Below, in pieces: positions 8,778-17,798 of a stretch of 64,000 bases of DNA. The stretch is from an uncultured virus (IMG/VR IMGVR_UViG_3300021247_000307) (Duplodnaviria > Heunggongvirae > Uroviricota > Caudoviricetes). The stretch lies in the IMG/VR virus record IMGVR_UViG_3300021247_000307; one strand, given 5' to 3'. The notes under the pieces were generated by a model. It did not search any database. It was not told the DNA's origin and saw only the letters and a list, made by a program, of their open reading frames with translations. A program made the position numbers and the translations under genes. Position 1 is the stretch's first letter. Each line of letters starts with the position of its first letter.

Positions 8778-9190
8778 TTTGTTTCTTTTTTAATTAATTT
8801 AATTAAACAAGCTATTTCAGCTTCTTCGTAAGTTTTAAACTCCCAATCTCCAGAAGGACAATTTTGAGGCATTGTATTATATTCTTCACCAGTTTCGCTA
8901 TTCCAGATAAAATAATTATAACCAAGTTCACGACTATGCTGATCTTTTGTTGCTTCTATTGATGCTTGCCAATTAAATTTTTCTCTAAACCATTTAAATA
9001 CCTGCTGTATTAATGGAGCTTTTAAATCTTTATCATACTTTTTATCCCATTTTACAAAATCTCCATCAAATGATGATGAAATTTTACTTCTAAGTAAATG
9101 ATAATCATTATAACCACAAATACATGGTTCATCGAATCCTAACTTTTTGAGTTGTAATGCAATCTCATAGCTTACAAATTCATTATTCAT
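8774..9190 (-). CDS. conserved phage protein
   Basis: EFVSYEIALQLKKLGFDEPC..APLIQQVFKWFREK..TYEEAE; related to the N-terminus of 23790..24242. Confidence 0.7.
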   Translation of the reverse strand: MNNEFVSYEIALQLKKLGFDEPCICGYNDYHLLRSKISSSFDGDFVKWDKKYDKDLKAPLIQQVFKWFREKFNWQASIEATKDQHSRELGYNYFIWNSETGEEYNTMPQNCPSGDWEFKTYEEAEIACLIKLIKKETK

Positions 9191-9193
9191 AGT

Positions 9194-9493
9194 TTATTTT
9201 TTTAAGTAAACTTCTAATAGTTGTTTTTTGCTATAAGTTTTAGAAGTATCTGAATGTAAATACCAATGGTCAAAGATGTTACTATAAGAATAAGTTCCTT
9301 CTATAAACTCTAAAAACCCTATAATGAAATCACTTTGTTTATCCATTTGCCATTTAGCACCATCAATAAATCCTTGTTTAAATATAGCATCTTCTAATTT
9401 TGTAGTTGGAATATCTCCTTTTTTGTTTGCATAAACTTCAGCAGCTTTTTCTAATTCATTTTCCATCCTTATCATATTTAACCCTGTCATCAA
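9194..9493 (-). CDS. hypothetical protein
   Basis: LEKAAE..GFIDGAKWQ motif. Confidence 0.6.
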   Translation of the reverse strand: MMTGLNMIRMENELEKAAEVYANKKGDIPTTKLEDAIFKQGFIDGAKWQMDKQSDFIIGFLEFIEGTYSYSNIFDHWYLHSDTSKTYSKKQLLEVYLKK

Positions 9494-9812
9494 ATTCAGG
9501 ATGTGTATAATGAAATTCAGTTAACATAGCTGCATTACACATTAAATGTGCTGCATGAAGTAATCCATCTTCAGGGTCTATATCTTCACCAAGACGAATG
9601 GCTTCGAGATGTCTCATTGCTGAAGCTATAACTTCTGTATAAGGCATACCTTTCTCCCAGTTTCTAGGTTCATATTTAGTAGCACCTACAGTCCATACTT
9701 TGGCATATTCTTCATTAGCTTTAGCTGGAATTAAATCATAACGCAATTTATTTGCATTATTACGCAACGCTCTTGCTGTTGTAGTCATATAATATTGTTT
9801 AATGTCATCCAT
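9456..9812 (-). CDS. dATP/dGTP diphosphohydrolase-like protein (DUF5664)
   Basis: KLRYDLIP, GATKYEPRNWEKG, RHL, GEDIDPEDGLLHAAHLMCNA. Confidence 0.85.
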   Translation of the reverse strand: MDDIKQYYMTTTARALRNNANKLRYDLIPAKANEEYAKVWTVGATKYEPRNWEKGMPYTEVIASAMRHLEAIRLGEDIDPEDGLLHAAHLMCNAAMLTEFHYTHPEFDDRVKYDKDGK

Positions 9813-10128
9813 GATTTAAAGTATTAAGATATAATTCAATAGCTTTATCTTTATAGATATAACTATTCCAAAATGTAGTTACATCTGTTATAACTCTACC
9901 ACTATGTAACTTATAAACTTTTTTAAGTTTTACATTCATAGTATCTGGAAGTATAACTAATTGGTCATCTTGATAATCAACAACTTCTTTAGCATCCATT
10001 AGTAAATCTAGTATTTTATTCATACTAACTTCTATATGAATATCTTCATCTTTATCGTCTCTGTAGTTAATCCACAATACACAGGGTTTACCTTTCATGT
10101 GGAATATTGTATAATCTATTAGTTTCAT
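9805..10128 (-). CDS. hypothetical protein
   Basis: 107-aa ORF with overlapping start and stop. Confidence 0.6.
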   Translation of the reverse strand: MKLIDYTIFHMKGKPCVLWINYRDDKDEDIHIEVSMNKILDLLMDAKEVVDYQDDQLVILPDTMNVKLKKVYKLHSGRVITDVTTFWNSYIYKDKAIELYLNTLNHG

Positions 10129-10529
10129 TGGAATATTACCATTTTACCCTCATGTAAATAAGGTTTTAGTGAAAAATGAATGTTGTCTTTTGTAAATATT
10201 CGCATAGCAATTTCTGTAATTGATTGCGAGTTTCTAATTATATCCTCATAATGTTCAATAGTAAATGGAATGAGTAATGTAGCATCAAAATCTTCATCTA
10301 TTGGATTTACCCAACCTATAGTTTCATGTGTAGCTAATATTTTAAAGTTCACTCCATTTTCTGTTTCAACAAAGGATGCTTCATCTATAAGAAATGGTAC
10401 ATAGGGAACTGCATCAGTAAAATAGTTCTCTTCTATTCTCACTTTTTCCATATTGCACCACAAGCTTGTGTCTGGATAGTTCTCCTCTTGAGTTAAGAAT
10501 ATTAGTTTGCATAGCTTTCTGAATATCAT
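10125..10529 (-). CDS. hypothetical protein
   Basis: 134-aa ORF. Confidence 0.6.
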   Translation of the reverse strand: MIFRKLCKLIFLTQEENYPDTSLWCNMEKVRIEENYFTDAVPYVPFLIDEASFVETENGVNFKILATHETIGWVNPIDEDFDATLLIPFTIEHYEDIIRNSQSITEIAMRIFTKDNIHFSLKPYLHEGKMVIFQ

Positions 10530-10779
10530 CGTCTGTAGCTTTTATATAGTGTTTACAATCTTTATTATCATAATGATAATAGGCTTGCCAATGTTTATCT
10601 ATATCAGAAATCATTCTGTAACAAGTATTAGCTAGTTTGCAGTCAAAGTTAACACATTTAATAGTATTAATTAATCCTTCACCATTACAATATCTACAAT
10701 CAATGATAATAGTATTCTTAATAGTATGTCCTATACCATCACATCTTATACATGTTTCTGCTGATTTCTCTATTGTCAT
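10414..10779 (-). CDS. zinc-finger protein (DnaJ-type CxxCxGxG pair)
   Basis: CIRCDGIG, CRYCNGEG and a KCxxxxCKLxxTCYR domain. Confidence 0.65.
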   Translation of the reverse strand: MTIEKSAETCIRCDGIGHTIKNTIIIDCRYCNGEGLINTIKCVNFDCKLANTCYRMISDIDKHWQAYYHYDNKDCKHYIKATDDDIQKAMQTNILNSRGELSRHKLVVQYGKSENRRELFY

Positions 10780-10981
10780 AGAATATCTTTATCTTATTGT
10801 TTTTTAATACTGTTCGTATATCTTTAACAAATTTAGTAACAAGTTCTTCAGGAATATCAATAACAATTTCATAGGCTGTAGCATATACTGAATATGGAAA
10901 TCGTTTATCATTAATGAAATAAAGATACGTATTATGTTTTTCTTTTTGTGTAGTAAATCTAAAAATTACTGGTTTATTCAT
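10739..10981 (-). CDS. hypothetical protein
   Basis: 80-aa ORF. Confidence 0.55.
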   Translation of the reverse strand: MNKPVIFRFTTQKEKHNTYLYFINDKRFPYSVYATAYEIVIDIPEELVTKFVKDIRTVLKNNKIKIFYDNREISRNMYKM

Positions 10982-11108
10982 AGTATTATTTTAATAGAGA
11001 GAGATGTACTAGACACCTCTCTCCATATTAACTATTGTAAACTAACCCACACATCATACATCTTCCATGTATTAACACGGAATCTCAATGTTCGTCTTTT
11101 CATAACGC

Positions 11109-11546
11109 TTAAGGATATTTAGTTTTGAAATTAGGTTTAACATAATGATTAGGTTTTTGTACTTTACCAGTTTCACGATGTTTTAGCACAAAGAATCCAT
11201 TAGAAGGACTATCAATTACACATTTCTTTTCAACAGCTTCTTTAGTTACTGCATCAAGACTTGTAAAACCTTTAGTCATGTTCGCATTAAACTTGATAGC
11301 TAGTGCTGCATCAGCATTAACTCCCATTGTTTGTAGTAATCGTACAGTAACCCATATTAAATCTACAGCTTCTTCAACAATATTAGGATTGTTATCTTCA
11401 GCAATAGCAATAGTAAGTTCTCTGTACTCCTCATCAATTAATTTAGCAGCATTAAGCTTTTCTTCCCATGACACATTAGCATCATAATTTTCTCTAACTG
11501 TTAGTCCAAATCTATCGGACCATTCTCTAACTAGTCTTTCCATCAT
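11109..11546 (-). CDS. MazG-like NTP pyrophosphohydrolase
   Basis: LIDEEYREL..EEAVDLIWV..ANMTK..GKVQKP. Confidence 0.8.
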   Translation of the reverse strand: MMERLVREWSDRFGLTVRENYDANVSWEEKLNAAKLIDEEYRELTIAIAEDNNPNIVEEAVDLIWVTVRLLQTMGVNADAALAIKFNANMTKGFTSLDAVTKEAVEKKCVIDSPSNGFFVLKHRETGKVQKPNHYVKPNFKTKYP

Positions 11547-12121
11547 AGCGATAAAATTTCATTTTTTAAGTTAATCATTGAATCTAATTCACCATCAATC
11601 TCACAATCATAGAAATTAGATAATTCTTCTTTCAGTGTTTGTGCTTTACTTAATACTTTAGCACCATAATGTTGATAATCATTATTAGGTGCATAGAGAA
11701 AGAAGTTAAATAATTCATCTGGTTGATACATTTCAGAGTATCTACTTTGCATAAACATATCATAAGCATGTTTATGATTTTCATGAATATCAAATTCCAG
11801 TACTACTAAATCATTGTTAATGAATGGATAATAACTCTTTAAGATATTACGTTCATATAACATTTTAGTAGCTTTCTCTAGCATTGCTACATCGCTAAAT
11901 CTTTTGTCGATTAGCATGAATATCTTGTATGGGCATACTTCATCTATACCTAAACAAAAATTCATATTTAATCCTTTCAACATAAAACCTAGCTTTGGGT
12001 CGTAAGCTTTTAGTGAATGTGCTAGATATAGTCTAGTTCTGTTAAACACCAACACAGGTTCTTTTGGATTGTTAAATAAATCAATCGATAGTGTTGGAAT
12101 TGTAAATGGTGTCATACGCAT
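11543..12121 (-). CDS. hypothetical protein (replication module)
   Basis: 192-aa ORF with a YSEMY motif. Confidence 0.65.
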   Translation of the reverse strand: MRMTPFTIPTLSIDLFNNPKEPVLVFNRTRLYLAHSLKAYDPKLGFMLKGLNMNFCLGIDEVCPYKIFMLIDKRFSDVAMLEKATKMLYERNILKSYYPFINNDLVVLEFDIHENHKHAYDMFMQSRYSEMYQPDELFNFFLYAPNNDYQHYGAKVLSKAQTLKEELSNFYDCEIDGELDSMINLKNEILSL

Positions 12122-13058
12122 TGGTAGTTAATCGTCCGTTAGTAATAAAGATACCCCTATCAACATCAACATCAGGATTAGATAAATGCCAATTATAGTT
12201 GTTAATAATCTGTTTGATACCAGGAACTCTCATATCTTCAATAAACTCATTAGCAGTACCTTTAGGAATACCATCATACGCAACTGTTAAGTCTTTAAGA
12301 GATAACGTATATAATAATGGTGGTTCATTAGTAACATGACTAACTACTAAGAATTGTAGAGGAAAATCCTGATGATAACTATACCATGCAGCTTGTATAT
12401 CGTATCTAAACTTTCTTAAACTAAAATTAAAATCTTTAACACTACCATTAGTGTACTTAATATCATACAATCCAGTTTCTGATACAGCATCATACAATCT
12501 TTTAGCTTCTATACCATTGTAACTAAAATAGTTAGGAACTTGGAAACCAGTCCATGACTTAACAATATGAGATGTAAATGGATGTGAAGAAACCATACTA
12601 ACTTGATGTAGTATTCTCTCATAATCATTTCTACTAATAATAGTTTTACCTTTAGCTTTCCACAAATCTTCATAAAATACTTCTAGTTTTAATAAGTTGT
12701 TCCATACTGTATCTTCCTTCCAACTACCACCATAACCTTCTTGACTTGCAGACAATAGTAATGGTTCTTTGAGTGTATCTAATGGTACATAGGATTCTAA
12801 TGTATCAAATACTAACTTAATAACAGATTTAGCTGAACCTCTAGTGTAGTTATCTTCATTACTAATGTAGAACATAGTATCAAAGTGTTCAGGATACGTT
12901 AGTAAACACTCGAAAGCATTACCATGATTCATAGCAAACTGGTCAACCCAATACTTTTTGTTTACATAAGTACCATAACCTTTAGATAATGCTGCTAATT
13001 TGCTATAGTGCAAAGCATCATGTTGCCTATAGTCTTTGATGAGATTTAACATATTCAT
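12081..13058 (-). CDS. PD-(D/E)XK exonuclease, RecE/ExoVIII (DUF3799)-like
   Basis: YSKL, GNAFECLL, KRLYD..YDIK, FRYDIQAAWY. Confidence 0.7.
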   Translation of the reverse strand: MNMLNLIKDYRQHDALHYSKLAALSKGYGTYVNKKYWVDQFAMNHGNAFECLLTYPEHFDTMFYISNEDNYTRGSAKSVIKLVFDTLESYVPLDTLKEPLLLSASQEGYGGSWKEDTVWNNLLKLEVFYEDLWKAKGKTIISRNDYERILHQVSMVSSHPFTSHIVKSWTGFQVPNYFSYNGIEAKRLYDAVSETGLYDIKYTNGSVKDFNFSLRKFRYDIQAAWYSYHQDFPLQFLVVSHVTNEPPLLYTLSLKDLTVAYDGIPKGTANEFIEDMRVPGIKQIINNYNWHLSNPDVDVDRGIFITNGRLTTNAYDTIYNSNTID

Positions 13059-13452
13059 TTAGAAATAATTTAAAATCTTCCATGCGCATAATTACTAATT
13101 CATCTAATACTTGTTCTTTTACAGTAACTTTCTTAGTCATTCTAGTAAATAATAATGGTATTTCTCCAGGTTTAATACGCATAGTTAGTAATGAAGAAAT
13201 ATCTATAGAGATAGTATTCTTCCCTTTAATCATTGTCTTTTTACATTGTACTTTAAGACGTTGAATATAGTTTGGAACAGTATCTCTATAGAATACATCA
13301 ATTCCTTCTCCATCTAACGGAGTGTTCTTTGTAGTAGAGATTTCATAAGTCTTATGATTTTTGTTATTAAATGCTTCTAGTTTGAATATTGAAGCTAAGA
13401 ATCTAATAACATCATAATTCCATTTATCTCCTTGTCTCTTATTTTTTATCAT
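13027..13452 (-). CDS. putative Holliday-junction resolvase / PD-(D/E)XK nuclease
   Basis: NKRQG, LDGEGIDV, VQCK. Confidence 0.6.
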   Translation of the reverse strand: MIKNKRQGDKWNYDVIRFLASIFKLEAFNNKNHKTYEISTTKNTPLDGEGIDVFYRDTVPNYIQRLKVQCKKTMIKGKNTISIDISSLLTMRIKPGEIPLLFTRMTKKVTVKEQVLDELVIMRMEDFKLFLNEYVKSHQRL

Positions 13453-13949
13453 TATGCTAATTTTAGTACACCATCGTTTATCAATGTTTGCACAATATAA
13501 TTAGCTATTTCTGAATTATCTAATTTTGATATACAAAATCTTTTACTTTCTACATATTCTTTAGATAATCTTGCGTATGTAAAATTACAATCTTCTACTG
13601 TAGCTTGTAATACAGCTTGAAATAATAACCATATATCATCAGGGCAATCAAATAAGAATATTTTACCATACTGTACTAAAATAACAATATCATTAGTATT
13701 CCTATTAATAACAACAATATCATAATTATAACTATACTTTTTAGCTTTAGTACTTACTAAATCATATTCAGGACTTAATGCTATATGTTTTCTACTTTCT
13801 AAAGTACCTAAAATAGATGTTTTTATAAAGTTATCTACAATACGACAATGATTAATACCTGCATAACATTTATCAACAATATCTCTTTTTCTTGAGTTAA
13901 ACATCGTACTAGATGTTGGCATCATATCTGGTATATAGTGGAATGTCAT
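13452..13949 (-). CDS. hypothetical protein directly downstream of the E1-like gene
   Basis: 165-aa ORF overlapping the ThiF gene. Confidence 0.6.
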   Translation of the reverse strand: MTFHYIPDMMPTSSTMFNSRKRDIVDKCYAGINHCRIVDNFIKTSILGTLESRKHIALSPEYDLVSTKAKKYSYNYDIVVINRNTNDIVILVQYGKIFLFDCPDDIWLLFQAVLQATVEDCNFTYARLSKEYVESKRFCISKLDNSEIANYIVQTLINDGVLKLA

Positions 13950-14562
13950 AGACTTGAATATTAGTTTTTATGTTAACAATATGTTTGTTGATTAACTCTA
14001 CTACTTTACCATGACACATATTAGCTACGTATCTAGTTTGTGTAAATGTACAGTTTACTGGTGCTGGTTCTTCATCAGATAAACCTTTAGTTCTATATTC
14101 TGTCTCTAGTTCAAAACGTTTATTGCTAGAAATAAAATATATCTCAAAGTATTCTGCTAACATCCTAATATCAATAAAGAAGTTAGTATTACTATGAACT
14201 TTATCAAACCACTCATCAAACATTTTAACTCTAACATCCATTTTATCAGGACAAGCAATTACATTATCACGTAACCAATGAGTATCCCAATAAAAACTAT
14301 TGTAATATACTTCATTAGGATAGAAATCTAACTCTTGTTGTAATGCAGCAGTTTTCTTCATTCCTATTTGTGTAGGATAGTAGCCTTGTGGTATGCAGTT
14401 GTGCATTTCTACTGTATCTCCATCATAGACTTCTAAATCATGTCCATTCAATGCAAGATTTACAGCAACACCTTTACCTACACCACCAAGACCTACTATA
14501 GTAATAGGTAGTTTATAGTCAGCCCATATAGCTGACTTATATCTTTTATCAAAGCTCGTCAT
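13909..14562 (-). CDS. ThiF/MoeB (E1-like) adenylyltransferase
   Basis: IVGLGGVG, YDGDTVEMHN..Q, GMKK, CPDKMDVR, IDIRM, candidate catalytic Cys in PVNCT. Confidence 0.88.
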   Translation of the reverse strand: MTSFDKRYKSAIWADYKLPITIVGLGGVGKGVAVNLALNGHDLEVYDGDTVEMHNCIPQGYYPTQIGMKKTAALQQELDFYPNEVYYNSFYWDTHWLRDNVIACPDKMDVRVKMFDEWFDKVHSNTNFFIDIRMLAEYFEIYFISSNKRFELETEYRTKGLSDEEPAPVNCTFTQTRYVANMCHGKVVELINKHIVNIKTNIQVYDIPLYTRYDANI

Positions 14563-15559
14563 AACCTAGTTTAAAAATGTCAATATATGATTTCATGTCT
14601 TTGTAGAACTGTGTATGTGAGAATCGTTTTAAGTCTGTTAATAACTGATTAGCATTAAATGGAGTAACAGCTTTAATAAAACTATCTATATCATATCCTT
14701 TCTTAGTATAGTTATTAAGAAGTTGAATCTTTTCAGCATAGTTAGATGTAGAGAACTCAAAGTATTCATCTAAATCTTCCAAGTAAGTAGCTACTTCTTG
14801 TTTAACATTCCAACTCTTATCAGCCCATGGTTTATGATTCCATATTCTAGTTTTATCATCCCATAGTGAAGTTTGAGAAGTAGCTTTCATCTTAAATGCT
14901 CTAGCTTTATTTACTACTTCTAATGCTTCAGTAATATCAGAATAATCTGTATTATTGAACTTAGTCTTAATAGAGTAGATGTTAATCTTCTTTTCAACTT
15001 CTACTTCTCTAGTAACTATTTCACCAAACCATTTGTAGTTAGTAACATTCTTTGGTTGTTCTTCTTCTACACTTAATAATGCTGTAAATTCTAGCTTATG
15101 ATTACAGATAACACTTAGATAAGTACCATTGTAGTTAGAGTTATTAGCTGTAAGTTCTGCTAAGTCTGTTCCTGATGGACTAGTACCCATATCAATATGA
15201 CTATGAATTAATCCTTGATAACAATCCATAATTCTATCAGCATTATTCATAACATAATTAGATAATACACTAGATAATTCAGGAAATTCATTATAGTCAA
15301 TATTAGCAACCATACTATTTTCTGGACCTTTACCCATGTAGCATATATCTACAGTTTCTAGTGTTTTGTTATCAATCTTCTTGTAGAATAATATACCAAT
15401 CCATTCTGCTTTCTTACCAGTAGCTTCATTAGCAGCTATTATTTTCTTAATAGTACTATCATTAACGATTAAAGTAATACCGTTCAAGGTTTGATAAGAA
15501 AGAGTTTGTGCTTGTGATGGCGGTTGCCATTTGTTTGAGTTGTTGTACGACGTTGTCAT
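14549..15559 (-). CDS. JAB/MPN+ metallopeptidase
   Basis: EWIGILF and HSHxxMxxxPSGTD JAMM motif, followed by YLSVI. Confidence 0.85.
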   Translation of the reverse strand: MTTSYNNSNKWQPPSQAQTLSYQTLNGITLIVNDSTIKKIIAANEATGKKAEWIGILFYKKIDNKTLETVDICYMGKGPENSMVANIDYNEFPELSSVLSNYVMNNADRIMDCYQGLIHSHIDMGTSPSGTDLAELTANNSNYNGTYLSVICNHKLEFTALLSVEEEQPKNVTNYKWFGEIVTREVEVEKKINIYSIKTKFNNTDYSDITEALEVVNKARAFKMKATSQTSLWDDKTRIWNHKPWADKSWNVKQEVATYLEDLDEYFEFSTSNYAEKIQLLNNYTKKGYDIDSFIKAVTPFNANQLLTDLKRFSHTQFYKDMKSYIDIFKLGYDEL

Positions 15560-16328
15560 TTATGTTTGATTTAGTAATAGATTTAAGGTGTTCACCATTA
15601 AAACCTTCTACAGTAATATAATAATCTCTGTCTTTAAAGTTTATAATATAGTCTTGATACTTATCAATAATTTTATTTAGGTTTTGTGCTAAATAAAGTT
15701 GTTTATCTCTTACGTTAGTTGTTAGACTATTTAGAATAGCTTCATCATCCCATTCAATAGTAACTAAATCACCAAATATAGTTTTCCGAATATTCTTATC
15801 TTTAATCATAGAAGTCTCTAGTTCACCTTGTAAATTATTTTTAAACTTAAGACTTGATAATGAATCTTGACCATTACTATAAAATAAACTAGAAATAGGT
15901 GTATAGCAATCTGTTGAGTTTTCATTATGTAACCAAAAATCAGTAACATTAATTACTGCAATTAAACTTTCTATATCAGTGAAATTGTAAAATATATTAA
16001 GTTTACCATAACAATAACCATTTGTTTTAAATGCTATTCTATCTTTAGCTAAATGTGAATGTGTAAATGTACTCATTGATTGATTTACATAATCTGATAC
16101 TGTATAGCGTAACTTAGTAAAAGAAAACATTTTCTCATTATAAGCATAATGAATAAAAACATCATAGATAGTATAAGTATCACCTGTAAGATTCTTAATA
16201 GTTACTTCAGGATAATAAATAAGTAATTCAGTCTCTTTAAATTCATATCTATCAGGATACATAGAATCTAAGTATTCTTCTAGTAATGCAAAATCTTTAT
16301 GAGATATTACTTCATCTTTAGTAATCAT
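15462..16328 (-). CDS. putative prokaryotic E2-like protein
   Basis: HSHL-x9-GYCYG resembles the E2 HPx...GxxC active site; lies between the Ubl-like and JAB genes. Confidence 0.55.
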   Translation of the reverse strand: MITKDEVISHKDFALLEEYLDSMYPDRYEFKETELLIYYPEVTIKNLTGDTYTIYDVFIHYAYNEKMFSFTKLRYTVSDYVNQSMSTFTHSHLAKDRIAFKTNGYCYGKLNIFYNFTDIESLIAVINVTDFWLHNENSTDCYTPISSLFYSNGQDSLSSLKFKNNLQGELETSMIKDKNIRKTIFGDLVTIEWDDEAILNSLTTNVRDKQLYLAQNLNKIIDKYQDYIINFKDRDYYITVEGFNGEHLKSITKSNINDNVVQQLKQMATAITSTNSFLSNLERYYFNR

Positions 16329-16340
16329 AATTAATAGTTT

Positions 16341-16368
16341 AAAAGGGAGTAGCTTTTACACTACTCCC
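16341..16368 (-). terminator. intrinsic terminator after the Ubl-like gene
   Basis: GGGAGTAG-loop-CTACTCCC-TTTT on the minus strand. Confidence 0.65.
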
Positions 16369-16381
16369 CATCATTAAATAA

Positions 16382-16951
16382 TTACTTCACCAAATGTGGA
16401 TAGTCTTTCTTCAATCTGTTTAAGAATCTCAACTTATTCACATCAGTCAATAACTGTAAACTGTATTCTATCTCGAACACTCTATCTTCCAACTGATTGA
16501 TAACTTCACTTAGTTTAGACACTTGGTCATCAGATACTAATGAAGTAGCAGTAGCAGGATTTAAGTATTCATAAGCTCTAGTAAGCATTACGATTAAATC
16601 ATTCTTTGGTACACTCATGTACTTGCTATGAATAATATCTAGTAATGTTTCATCATCATTCTCTACAGCTGCAACCCTGTATTCCTTAGCCATTTTCTTC
16701 AAATCATTGTAAGCCATTGTAGTAAAATCAATAGTAGCAGCACTAGATTTAGCTGGAGTTACAGTAACAACCTTCAAATTATCAGGTATATCATTGTTAG
16801 GGTCACTCAAATCAGTATTACCGTTAATAGCCATACCATCTTCAAAGAGATTATTCTCTTTAAGATATTCACGTAAGTCAGCAATTTTCTTACCATTAAA
16901 TTCGTGAATAGTTACATTGTTAGACAATGTGGAAGTGATTAAGATTTTCAT
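16382..16951 (-). CDS. putative ubiquitin-like (beta-grasp) protein with helical/coiled-coil C-terminal extension
   Basis: About 72-aa beta-beta-alpha-beta pattern (KILITS, VTIHEF, KIADLREYLKE, LKVVTVTPAKSSA); first gene of the E2-JAB-E1 cluster. Confidence 0.55.
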   Translation of the reverse strand: MKILITSTLSNNVTIHEFNGKKIADLREYLKENNLFEDGMAINGNTDLSDPNNDIPDNLKVVTVTPAKSSAATIDFTTMAYNDLKKMAKEYRVAAVENDDETLLDIIHSKYMSVPKNDLIVMLTRAYEYLNPATATSLVSDDQVSKLSEVINQLEDRVFEIEYSLQLLTDVNKLRFLNRLKKDYPHLVK

Positions 16952-16956
16952 CTGTG

Positions 16957-17151
16957 TTAAATTGTTTTAAAAGTAAATAAAAAAGGATTTGTTGTTGTAG
17001 ATAATATATAAATAATACTCTCGTCTGTGTAAATACGACCATTAGTTTGTTCAAACATAAGTTTACATACAGTTCCTAACGTATTATTCACTATCATTTT
17101 GTTATTATTTCTCATGCAACCATAAGAAAATGATTCTTTAAAAGTTACCAT
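16957..17151 (-). CDS. hypothetical protein
   Basis: 64-aa ORF. Confidence 0.4.
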   Translation of the reverse strand: MVTFKESFSYGCMRNNNKMIVNNTLGTVCKLMFEQTNGRIYTDESIIYILSTTTNPFLFTFKTI

Positions 17152-17798
17152 TGTATCTTCTCATTATTTTGATGTAGACAATGAGCATCAACAGCTTTCC
17201 ATATTGAAGTATTGATTTCTAAATCAGGATTATACTTCTTAGCAACTGGATGAATAGTACATAAACCATTGTGTACTAATGGATAGAAACTTTGAGCTTC
17301 ATTACCAAAGAATACAAATAGTGGTCTTACAGTATCATCTAAGTATTTTATTAATGCTGTAGTAAATGGTTTCCATAATTTAACATGTGCTACTGGAGAA
17401 CCATTCTTTGGAACTGTTAATGCTGTATTTAGTAGTAATATACCTTGTGCTTCCCAATGTAGTAAGTCTTTCTTTAGACTAAATGAGTAATCATCAAGGT
17501 ATTCTTGTAAACTCTGTTCTATGACTGAAAGAGTTGGTGTCATAATCATACTTGAAGTAGCTAATCCATTAGCATAATTATTCTGATATGGAGATAGAAA
17601 TACAAAAACCACTCTAACATCATAGATGGAGTGGTTTAATGCTCTAAATATATCCTTTGCATCAGGATAATACATTGTTCTATTTACACTATCTTTTATA
17701 GGTTTTAAATCTACTTTATCAAATAGTGGATAGTAAGAATTGTGAACTACTTTTGGGTATGAGTTGACGTATGAGGTGTCTTGTTTCTGTGTGACCAT
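17145..17798 (-). CDS. ung: uracil-DNA glycosylase family 1-like protein with variant motif
   Basis: VRVVF-FLSPY, ANGLA, WEAQGILLLNTALTV, HVKLWKPFT, FFGNEAQ, HP, IQW. Confidence 0.8.
   Translation of the reverse strand: MVTQKQDTSYVNSYPKVVHNSYYPLFDKVDLKPIKDSVNRTMYYPDAKDIFRALNHSIYDVRVVFVFLSPYQNNYANGLATSSMIMTPTLSVIEQSLQEYLDDYSFSLKKDLLHWEAQGILLLNTALTVPKNGSPVAHVKLWKPFTTALIKYLDDTVRPLFVFFGNEAQSFYPLVHNGLCTIHPVAKKYNPDLEINTSIWKAVDAHCLHQNNEKIQW

Noticed and set aside
13909..14562. Thiamine or molybdopterin biosynthesis role for the ThiF gene
   Set aside because: No ThiS/ThiG or MoaD/MoaE genes are present; the neighbours are JAB and E2-like genes
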